Source: a virus
Lineage: Duplodnaviria > Caudoviricetes
DNA length: 64,000 nt
Strand: one strand, 5' to 3'
IMG/VR virus record: IMGVR_UViG_3300013414_000053
Location: 25,685-89,684 of that record
This document shows positions 56,850 to 64,000 of the stretch, in pieces. The notes under the pieces were generated by a model. That model worked only from the letters and a program-made list of their open reading frames with translations. It was not told the DNA's origin and did no database searches. The position numbers and the translations under genes were made by a program. Each line of letters starts with the position of its first letter. Position 1 is the first letter of the stretch.

Positions 56850-57629
56850 ATGGCAGCTCCAGTTGAAAAAGGAAATGTTGTTACTCTAATCTTCTATGAT
56901 TTTGAGACAGGGGGGAGAGAATGTACCAGATGTGCAGCCACCCAAATTTCTCTTCATGCAGTACGTCTTGACACGTTTGAAGTAATGGATAAATATTCGG
57001 CTTATATTTATCCTTATAACAAAAAGAACGTGGACGCTAAATCTAAGCGCAAGGTTCTTAAAAATAAGTATGAGAATGACTCAGAAGAGTTAATGGATTA
57101 TGAGGATGCAGCATTGGAATATTCCCATATTACAATGGATATGCTCTATTCTTTGGGTAAGCCTTTGGAAGAAGTGTGTCAGGAAATATGTGATTTTGTG
57201 GAGCGCAATACCTTCCCGGTTGTTGCAAGTAACAAACCATTTATGGTTGGTCAGAATCCTTTATTTGATAAGGGATTCATGCAGCAAATTATGCTCTATT
57301 CTGGTCTATGGAGCCGTTTTTGCAAACTGGTAAGGGGATCCAAAGATTTCTGGGGTAACTTCCAACCTGCCCAACTTGACACTATCATTCTTGCCCAGTT
57401 AGCTTTGGATAATGATAAGAGTATTAATACTTGGCGATTGGAGTCCATTGCAGAACGCTTTGGAGTTGACTTAGACGATGCTCATGATGCAGATGCTGAC
57501 GTTACAGCCACCAGAGAAATTGTCAGAGTGCTTACAGCAAGGATGAGAGAACAATCAGCTGGTGGTAATGCTGTCGGAAGTTTGGCAGCTGAAAAGCAAG
57601 AAAAACTTAGAGATCATTTCAAAATTTAA
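56850..57629 (+). CDS. DnaQ-like DEDDh 3'-5' exonuclease
   Basis: FYDFETGG, GQNPLFDKGF, AHDADADV. Confidence 0.88.
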   Translation: MAAPVEKGNVVTLIFYDFETGGRECTRCAATQISLHAVRLDTFEVMDKYSAYIYPYNKKNVDAKSKRKVLKNKYENDSEELMDYEDAALEYSHITMDMLYSLGKPLEEVCQEICDFVERNTFPVVASNKPFMVGQNPLFDKGFMQQIMLYSGLWSRFCKLVRGSKDFWGNFQPAQLDTIILAQLALDNDKSINTWRLESIAERFGVDLDDAHDADADVTATREIVRVLTARMREQSAGGNAVGSLAAEKQEKLRDHFKI

Positions 57630-57632
57630 CTT

Positions 57633-58145
57633 ATGAAGAGCAATTTTCAATTCGATAAAAAGACTGGTACGATGGTGCCGGCCAGTGATGCGGTAGCCCA
57701 GGGCATTAAGGCAAATGTTCATAAGGAGGTGGTTGAGTCGAAATCTGACAAGACCACTACACAGCCTCAGTTTCAGCAAGAGAAGAAGATTGATATTAAG
57801 GCCGATACTGTCAATATCAATCGTAATCCAGTTGTTCAGATGAAACGTGTGGCCCATAACACCCCCATACAGTTGATTGATGAGAATGGTATGCCAGAGG
57901 CTTATCTCGACTCAACTACAACTGGAGTGATGATGTTCCGGGAGAGAGAGGATTATGACATCTGTCAGATCAGTGATGAAAAGACAGGCAAGGTTCTCGC
58001 ATACATAGGAGGTTATGCCCTTCAGTTTAATTTCAATATGGCAGAGTTAAATACGATGGAGCGTATTGAGCAATGCCTGCAAGGACTTGTAAAGCTCTTC
58101 CGACATCAGATAATGAATCAAAATCTAAGGAACTCTAACCCTTAA
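57633..58145 (+). CDS. Hypothetical protein
   Basis: 170-aa ORF tightly coupled to exonuclease. Confidence 0.7.
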   Translation: MKSNFQFDKKTGTMVPASDAVAQGIKANVHKEVVESKSDKTTTQPQFQQEKKIDIKADTVNINRNPVVQMKRVAHNTPIQLIDENGMPEAYLDSTTTGVMMFREREDYDICQISDEKTGKVLAYIGGYALQFNFNMAELNTMERIEQCLQGLVKLFRHQIMNQNLRNSNP

Positions 58146-58212
58146 CCGTAAGACACAGAGGCTTTGTGTGTAAGTTTTCTATTATCTATAAAGGAATAAT
58201 TCAATATAGATA

Positions 58213-58755
58213 ATGGGAAATATAAAGCTCACAAACCTTGAAGAGAAGTTCTGCTTGGTCTTTGCTTGCGGGCCTTCTCCATATAACGGCAATGCACGAA
58301 AAACCTATGATCTCGTGTTTAACGGGAGCACGGGATTGCTTTATGATCCTTCAAAAGATGGGATAGATGAGCATACTCGTAGAGAGGTGGAAACCTCTAT
58401 TGCCGTTAGGACACTTATGATGCGTGATGATATAAAGGACCGCATTGACCAGCTGAAAAGTGAAAATATGGTCAATGCGGCCACTTTGCGTCCGCGCCTG
58501 ACTGAAACCCTTTTGAAGATTGCTGATGAGTGCTCTACTCTTCATGTGACTGACAGATGGGGTAATACTATGTCACCAGCCGCACTCCGTTCTGTTGCGG
58601 TCAACGCTATCTCAAAGCTCACCGATATGTATGGTATCAAAGAAGATATTGCGCATAAGGTTATGCTGGAAGGTGCTGATGGTGATGGCATCACATTTAA
58701 CCTTATTGTGCCGGAGGCAAGTAAGGAAAATGGAATTGACAAAGTGATTGAATAA
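58213..58755 (+). CDS. Putative terminase small subunit
   Basis: LTNLEEKFCLVFACG...NARKTY N-terminus; AISKLTDMYGI near C-terminus. Confidence 0.65.
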   Translation: MGNIKLTNLEEKFCLVFACGPSPYNGNARKTYDLVFNGSTGLLYDPSKDGIDEHTRREVETSIAVRTLMMRDDIKDRIDQLKSENMVNAATLRPRLTETLLKIADECSTLHVTDRWGNTMSPAALRSVAVNAISKLTDMYGIKEDIAHKVMLEGADGDGITFNLIVPEASKENGIDKVIE

Positions 58756-58775
58756 CAACTTAAAAATTTGATATA

Positions 58776-59105
58776 ATGGAAAGTAAGACAAATTCAATCA
58801 TTAGAGATTTCATAATCAATAATGCCAAGTCCATATTCACTTTCATTATATTTGTTTGCGGATTGTACATTCAGTACCAAGCAAGTATGATGAGAATTGA
58901 CAATATGGAGAAAGAGATTGCCCAGATCAAAGTTCAGATTGACGATCAGTATGTCAAGCTCGACAATATGAAGCTCGACAAAGCTGTCTTTGAGGCAACG
59001 ATGAGATCATTTACTGATATGTCAACGGATATACGTCAGATCCGTGACAGATTAGAGGACATTCTCGGAGACCATCAACGTCATAATCCGCAAGCAAACA
59101 GATGA
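58776..59105 (+). CDS. Single-TM coiled-coil protein (possible lysis accessory)
   Basis: IFTFIIFVCGLYI helix then heptads; upstream of endolysin. Confidence 0.55.
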   Translation: MESKTNSIIRDFIINNAKSIFTFIIFVCGLYIQYQASMMRIDNMEKEIAQIKVQIDDQYVKLDNMKLDKAVFEATMRSFTDMSTDIRQIRDRLEDILGDHQRHNPQANR

Positions 59106-59362
59106 ATGAGCTAAAAGTCGGAGATAGAGTTACAATCCGATACTCCAAAAAATTGGAGCAGAATGGCAACAGCCTCCTTACAAACCGGACTGGCATTGTT
59201 ACTCGGATTTTATTTACCGGTGGAAATTTGACTGGAGCCTATGTGGATGTGAAAGTAATGAGACGTGTCAGGAACTACTACATTCCAATCAGCTCTATCG
59301 AAGGGCCGGATTTGATTAACAAAATGCGAACACTAAGCATATTAAAATCAACTGTATTATAA
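59102..59362 (+). CDS. Small hypothetical protein (KOW/SH3-like start)
   Basis: LKVGDRVTI N-terminus. Confidence 0.55.
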   Translation: MNELKVGDRVTIRYSKKLEQNGNSLLTNRTGIVTRILFTGGNLTGAYVDVKVMRRVRNYYIPISSIEGPDLINKMRTLSILKSTVL

Positions 59363-59364
59363 CT

Positions 59365-60051
59365 ATGACTGTTTTGAAAATCGGTAGTAGAGGTGAAGAA
59401 GTAAAAACTCTACAGAAGAAGCTAAACATTACAGCGGACGGTATCTTCGGAAAAGATACTGATGCAGCTGTTAAGGCATATCAGAAATCACATGGACTGA
59501 CTGTTGATGGGATTGTCGGCGCTCACACTTGGGAAAGTCTTGGTTTCCCAGCAACCAATCGGTTCATTGATGAGATCATTATCCACTGTTCGGCCACCAA
59601 AGAAGGCGTTAATTATTCGATTGACAAGATTGACGCTTCACATAAGGCTCGGAAATTCTCATCGTATGTTGATACCAACGGCAAGACACGATATATCGGG
59701 TATCACTATATAATCCTTCGTGATGGTACAATCGTGAAGTGTCGCCCGGAAACAAAGATTGGGTGTCACACTTCAGGCCATAATACAAGGTCAATCGGAG
59801 TGTGCTATATTGGTGGTCTTGATGCAAAAGATACCAATGGCACAATGATTAAGGACACCCGCACTCCCCAGCAGAAAGCCAGCCTTATTACTGTCATCAA
59901 AGACATCAAGAAGCGTTACGGCACAATCGCAAGGGTAATCGGCCATCGTGACACTTCTCCTGACCTGAATGGTAATGGTGTTATTGAGCCATACGAATTT
60001 ATTAAGGGCTGTCCTTGCTTCGATGCTATCCCTGAATATTCAAAACTCTAA
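59365..60051 (+). CDS. Endolysin: peptidoglycan-binding domain plus N-acetylmuramoyl-L-alanine amidase
   Basis: DGIFGKDT...DGIVGAHTW; IIIHCSAT, IGYHYII, SIGVCYIGG, GHRD, KGCPCFD. Confidence 0.92.
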   Translation: MTVLKIGSRGEEVKTLQKKLNITADGIFGKDTDAAVKAYQKSHGLTVDGIVGAHTWESLGFPATNRFIDEIIIHCSATKEGVNYSIDKIDASHKARKFSSYVDTNGKTRYIGYHYIILRDGTIVKCRPETKIGCHTSGHNTRSIGVCYIGGLDAKDTNGTMIKDTRTPQQKASLITVIKDIKKRYGTIARVIGHRDTSPDLNGNGVIEPYEFIKGCPCFDAIPEYSKL

Positions 60052-60062
60052 ATTTCAACAGT

Positions 60063-60659
60063 ATGTGGAAAACTATATTAAGCAAATGTAGCCTATATAT
60101 CGTCATAGGAGTTCTCTGCATTTCCTTATGGCAAACTTATAGTCAAGCTACCAAATACCAACATAAGGCCGACACTCTGGAGGCCACCATCAGCGATCTC
60201 ACTCAGAAAATTGAATACACCAAAATTCAGTTGAATGACTCTATTGCAGTATATCAGGCCGAGGTAAAAACTTTGAACATCACACAGTCAAATTTGCAGG
60301 CCAAGTACGATAAACTTCTTGCTTCTTCTAAGCTGAAGCCAAAGGATGTCAGTAACGTGACTGAGGTTGCGACTGTAACTCATAGTGTAGATACTGTTAT
60401 CGCTATGGTTGATACATTTGGAGGTATTACAGCTAAGTTAGAAGATAATTTTGTCAATATAGATGTTGAGGTATTGCCGGATAGAAACGCTATTATAGAT
60501 TACGAGGTGCGTGACAGTCTGACATTGCTCAATATTCAGAAAAAGCACTCCTGGTTGTTCGGTCTGATTAAATGGAAAGAACATAAGGGTGTTCGAGTGA
60601 TAAATCACAATCCGAAAGCGAATATCGTTAGTTTACAAACCATAGATATAATGGAATGA
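60063..60659 (+). CDS. Membrane-anchored coiled-coil protein (spanin-like)
   Basis: N-terminal TM, coiled coil, follows endolysin. Confidence 0.55.
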   Translation: MWKTILSKCSLYIVIGVLCISLWQTYSQATKYQHKADTLEATISDLTQKIEYTKIQLNDSIAVYQAEVKTLNITQSNLQAKYDKLLASSKLKPKDVSNVTEVATVTHSVDTVIAMVDTFGGITAKLEDNFVNIDVEVLPDRNAIIDYEVRDSLTLLNIQKKHSWLFGLIKWKEHKGVRVINHNPKANIVSLQTIDIME

Positions 60660-60801
60660 TGAAACAGATAAAGACAAAACCAATCATGCCGAAGGATTTG
60701 AAGCAGGTTGGGAAGAAACACGTTGATAAGCTGCACAGTATTAAATGCCAAAGTAAAAAAGATTGAAAAGGGTTTTAATAATAATGTGTTATTAAGCGAT
60801 G

Positions 60802-60834
60802 ATCCACTCTACTGAGAAGTAGGGTGGATTTTTC
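60802..60834 (+). terminator. Intrinsic terminator
   Basis: atccactctact-gaga-agtagggtggat then T tract. Confidence 0.8.
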
Positions 60835-60840
60835 TTGCCG

Positions 60841-60848
60841 GACTATTA
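60841..60848 (+). promoter_or_regulatory. NACTATTA candidate late promoter element (terminase)
   Basis: GACTATTA after terminator, 18 nt before ATG 60867. Confidence 0.55.
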
Positions 60849-60866
60849 TTAGAAAAGAAAGATATA

Positions 60867-62450
60867 ATGGCAAGATTAGAGCGACCGAGAGGTCTAAAAA
60901 TAACATTTAAGCCATCAGCAAGACAGTATGAGCTATGGAACGCCCTGCAACCTAATCATTGTGATAAGTGTGGGGGTAAGCTCATTATGAAGCCTAATGG
61001 ATTTGATAGCAAAGGGCATCAGGTGTATAGGGCTACTTGTGAGAATTGTGGGAATACCGATATTCCAGAGCAAGTCTTAGGAGGCGGTTCTGCCGGTGGT
61101 GGTAAATCATATATTGGTTGTTGTTGGCTGGTATGCAGTTGCATACAATTCCCCGGCATCCGTATGGTGGTTGCCCGAAAGGTTCGTAAGACCCTTTTGG
61201 AAACTACTTGGAAAACCTTAAAGGACGTGCTAAATTCGTGGGGATTAAAGCAAGATGTGCATTATCATATAAATAATGTTACTTATATCATTACATTCTG
61301 GAATGGTTCAGAAATAATGGCAATGGACTTGACCCCCAGCCCCCAGGACCCTGACTTCAACTCCCTTGGTTCATTGGAAATCACTGGAGGCTTCATTGAT
61401 GAGGTGTCTGAGGTTTCCGAAAAGGCTGTGGAGGTATTGGCATCCCGTATTCGTTACAAGATTGCCGAGACCTTTGTGGTAGGTAAACTGTTTATGTCAA
61501 CCAACCCCTGCTTGACCTGGGTACGTTCTACCTTTGTAATGACCGATGATGGAGATCCGGTAGAATTACAATCCGGCTACCGTTACATCCCATTCAGTCT
61601 GTTCGATAATCCCAATGAATCGTTTAGAGCTATCTACTATAACAAGTTGAGCAAGCTGAGAAATAAAGCTGACCGAGACCGTCTGTTGTATGGTAACTGG
61701 CTCTTCACCACAAGCAATAAAATGGCTGCTTATTGGAACTTTGATGGTGATACACATCTGGTTCATAATTTAAGGGAGCAATCTTATGACCCGATGAAGC
61801 CGCTCATTCTCAGTTTTGACTTCAATGTAAATCCATATATGAGTTGTTTGCCCATTCAGATTGATTGGGAGAATAAGATTGTATATGTTTTCCCTGAATA
61901 TGTCGGCTACCCCAAAGACAAGAGAAACAACACCCCAGCTTTCACAAGATGGATAGCTTCTCAGTTGGTTGCCGACGGTCATATCGGTGGTGTATTGCTG
62001 ACTGGCGATCCCGCTGGTCTATCTCGTTCCACTCAGACTGAAGAAGGGGTCAATAACTTTACCATTGCCAATAAGAATATGACCAATGCTGTGCTGAAGC
62101 CGAAAATTCAGCTTTTGAGCAAGCAGCCGGCAATGGTGACACGACTGGAATTTATCAATGAATTACTGCATAATTTCAAAGGCTGGAAGGTCTATATTGA
62201 TGCTCGCTGCCACAGACTGATTGAGGACTTTGTATATCAGAAGAAAAATCCTGACGGAACTAAAGAAAAGAAGAAGGTTCTTAATGATAATGGAGAGCGT
62301 GTTGAGCGTTGGGGCCATTTCTCAGATTGTTTCGATTATGCGATGATTTACTATCTGAGTTCAATCTACACTCAGTATAAAACAGCCTCAACAGAGATAG
62401 TCACTACCATAGATTCAGAGGACACTGTATATGGGGAATTTGACTATTAA
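60867..62450 (+). CDS. terL: Terminase large subunit
   Basis: GGSAGGGKSY Walker A, FIDEVSE Walker B, STNP, SFDFNVNP, HFSDCFDY nuclease motifs. Confidence 0.92.
   Translation: MARLERPRGLKITFKPSARQYELWNALQPNHCDKCGGKLIMKPNGFDSKGHQVYRATCENCGNTDIPEQVLGGGSAGGGKSYIGCCWLVCSCIQFPGIRMVVARKVRKTLLETTWKTLKDVLNSWGLKQDVHYHINNVTYIITFWNGSEIMAMDLTPSPQDPDFNSLGSLEITGGFIDEVSEVSEKAVEVLASRIRYKIAETFVVGKLFMSTNPCLTWVRSTFVMTDDGDPVELQSGYRYIPFSLFDNPNESFRAIYYNKLSKLRNKADRDRLLYGNWLFTTSNKMAAYWNFDGDTHLVHNLREQSYDPMKPLILSFDFNVNPYMSCLPIQIDWENKIVYVFPEYVGYPKDKRNNTPAFTRWIASQLVADGHIGGVLLTGDPAGLSRSTQTEEGVNNFTIANKNMTNAVLKPKIQLLSKQPAMVTRLEFINELLHNFKGWKVYIDARCHRLIEDFVYQKKNPDGTKEKKKVLNDNGERVERWGHFSDCFDYAMIYYLSSIYTQYKTASTEIVTTIDSEDTVYGEFDY
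62442..62449 (+). promoter_or_regulatory. NACTATTA candidate late promoter element overlapping terL stop
   Basis: GACTATTA 20 nt before ATG 62470. Confidence 0.5.
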
Positions 62451-62469
62451 TAAATAAAACAGCAATAAT

Positions 62470-63618
62470 ATGATATATCATCGTTTTCTGACAAATAGGG
62501 ATTACTTTTGCATCGCTACGGAAGAGCACATGAGGCAGCTTATTCGTGGTGTGGAAGATCGTATTCCACAAGCGGAGCAAAGAGCCGAAATGCAGCTTCT
62601 GGAGTTTCTCGATCAGTATTATGAGATTGAAAAGGTGTTGGCTGTCGGTAAGAATATCAGGGAGTATAATATCAATGTGTCTTACCCTGGCCAGGCGTGG
62701 ATTAAAAAAGATGAGGAAATCTTTAAGACATTGACCTGCATCAATGGCCTCAAAAGACCTACTAAGGTGGAATATTGGAAGCAGGTTAATGATTTTATCA
62801 ACCCCTGCCTCATTGAACACGCTAAGAAATACTCTCAGCTTCGGATGTATCCTAAAGGCGAAGTTGTCAAGTTCGGAACTGAATATTGGCAATGCGCAGT
62901 TCCTCACGGATATGAGGCTGGAGAAATTCATGTTCCCGGTGTAAAAGCATGGCGTGAAGCTGAAATAATCCCCTGGGAACCTAATATGGAATGGGAGAAA
63001 GATCAAGTATGCTCTTACAATGACCAATTCTATCAATTCCTTGGTAAATCAGAGGAAGAAGAGGAAGAGGAAGAGCCGGCCGAACCCACTCCAGAATTAC
63101 CCGAAGAGCCTGAGACACCTAAAGAACCTGAAGGTGGTGAAAAACCTACTCCTGAGTTACCGAGTGACGAGGCTGTTCTTACTCCAGAGGAAGATGATTG
63201 CTGGGGCCTTATCGGAGATTATTCTGAAGAGTTAGAATATGACTACTCAGAAGATGCTCGTGATTATGTTGTGGCAGAAGGAACGGTGTTCTATCCCGTT
63301 CTTAATCCTAATCCTGATAAACTTGTTGATGGCGTCAATATCACAAGAGATGACCCCAGAAACAGCAATATCGTTGCTCATTTGAGCCGTATCGCACTCT
63401 ATCATCTTCATTCAATCATTTCTGCCACCAACATTCCAGAAACGCGCCGGTGGGCTTATGAGGACTCTATGCAGTGGCTCTATAATGCTTCCAAGTTCAA
63501 GATCAATCCTCAGCTTCCCCGAAAAAAAGAACGTGATTCTTGTGATCCAAAAGTGGACTGGGCGTTAGAGACATTCCAAAGGAGCTACGACCCGAATGAA
63601 AACATTTGGTTGATATAA
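62470..63618 (+). CDS. Mu gp36/DUF1320-like head-tail adaptor with large inserted region
   Basis: QAEQRAEMQLLEFL N-part and RIALYHLH...IPETRRWAYEDSMQWL C-part flank aromatic beta-repeats and an E/P-rich linker. Confidence 0.65.
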   Translation: MIYHRFLTNRDYFCIATEEHMRQLIRGVEDRIPQAEQRAEMQLLEFLDQYYEIEKVLAVGKNIREYNINVSYPGQAWIKKDEEIFKTLTCINGLKRPTKVEYWKQVNDFINPCLIEHAKKYSQLRMYPKGEVVKFGTEYWQCAVPHGYEAGEIHVPGVKAWREAEIIPWEPNMEWEKDQVCSYNDQFYQFLGKSEEEEEEEEPAEPTPELPEEPETPKEPEGGEKPTPELPSDEAVLTPEEDDCWGLIGDYSEELEYDYSEDARDYVVAEGTVFYPVLNPNPDKLVDGVNITRDDPRNSNIVAHLSRIALYHLHSIISATNIPETRRWAYEDSMQWLYNASKFKINPQLPRKKERDSCDPKVDWALETFQRSYDPNENIWLI

Positions 63619-63640
63619 AAATCTATTCTTTCTTGCCTGA

Positions 63641-63682
63641 TAGGGCGGTTCAACTCAGAAAATAACGAGTTGGCCGCCTTAT
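63641..63682 (+). terminator. Stem-loop terminator after last phage gene
   Basis: agggcgg..caactc...gagttggccgcctt. Confidence 0.65.
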
Positions 63683-63721
63683 TTATTAAGAATATTTAAC
63701 ACTTATAGGGTATTGATGAGG

Positions 63722-63950
63722 CTTAAAATTCAAATTTTAGTGAAGTAATCACTCTTAAAATTCAAGTTTTTTAGCTAATTTTGCAGTACAAAACGCGGAG
63801 TTGTGATACAACTTGTGCATATTTTGTGACAAAATCGAACCATAAAAATACTGCAATCGACTGAATTTCAGCATAAAAAATATAAAGGTGGGGAGTCCCC
63901 CGTTGGCACCACTGAAAATCAGAGAGTTGCAGAAATGTAGCTCTCTTTGT
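63722..63950 (+). other. Possible prophage attachment region
   Basis: CTTAAAATTCAA x2, TAATTTTG at 63776, TTGTG x3, tggcaccac resembling a tRNA acceptor 3' end, orphan GAAA-loop terminator 63921-63946, then GC-rich sequence. Confidence 0.35.
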
Positions 63951-64000
63951 TTGTTTCTCTCGCGCGACTTGCGGCGGGGCGCGGCAGGAGAGGGTTAAAC

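Larger units (their letters stand above)
1..63950. mobile_element. Bacteroidales tailed phage/prophage (contractile tail, Mu-like morphogenesis, T4-like replication module, DGR); left end lies outside the window
   Basis: Portal, protease, capsid, sheath, tube, tape measure, baseplate, terminase, endolysin and replication genes; Bacteroidota-type TAnnTTTG/TTTG promoters; possible att near 63.9 kb. Confidence 0.93.

Noticed and set aside
4847-60000. Numerous long antisense or alternate-frame ORFs in the track (e.g. 4847-5614, 10481-11041, 42173-42859, 53853-54557)
   Set aside because: They are shadows of well-supported genes on the other strand or frame and lack recognisable motifs.
60656-60766. 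36-codon ORF MMKQIKTKPIMPK... after the spanin-like gene as an o-spanin
   Set aside because: No lipobox or hydrophobic signal; too short to support.
63884-63912. Intact tRNA gene
   Set aside because: Only a 3' acceptor-like fragment (tggcacca) is present; there is no TTCG T-loop, D-arm or 5' strand.
1-64000. CRISPR array, integrase, transposase, stop-codon recoding
   Set aside because: No regularly spaced repeat-spacer array and no tyrosine/serine recombinase or DDE motifs seen. Genes read normally with TAA, TAG and TGA as stops; the only internal stop noted is the single one in nrdG.

Overview
The window holds most of a temperate-looking Bacteroidales (Bacteroidota) phage genome with a contractile tail. 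The Mu-like head and tail module runs from 1.7 to 36 kb: DUF935 portal, gpF, gpG, ClpP-scaffold, capsid, two sheath paralogues, tube, frameshifted chaperone, a 2223-aa tape measure and the baseplate. A complete diversity-generating retroelement (target/VR, avd, TR, RT) sits in the tail-fibre region, and two reverse-strand lipoprotein morons interrupt the virion module. A leftward operon carries a class II RNR and a nonsense-interrupted nrdG-like gene behind a ~690-nt densely structured non-coding leader. A rightward T4-like replication module encodes SSB, SbcD/SbcC, RuvC, a sigma factor, helicase, primase, a split DnaE with an HNH intein, a guanylate kinase fusion and a DnaQ-like exonuclease. 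Lysis, terminase and head-tail adaptor genes follow, ending at a possible att site near 63.9 kb. No integrase is in the window. The strongest leads are: (1) DnaE is split into two overlapping genes through what looks like a catalytically dead split intein (Hint) module; (2) the large structured RNA at 40.5-41.2 kb; (3) a recurrent NACTATTA element upstream of 13 late start codons, a candidate promoter for the phage sigma factor; (4) a W-x5-W-x5-W repeat found 10 times in three tail proteins; (5) a DGR variable region with 20 of 25 adenines changed plus an in-frame 6-nt deletion. All family assignments come from motif recognition by eye, not from database searches.
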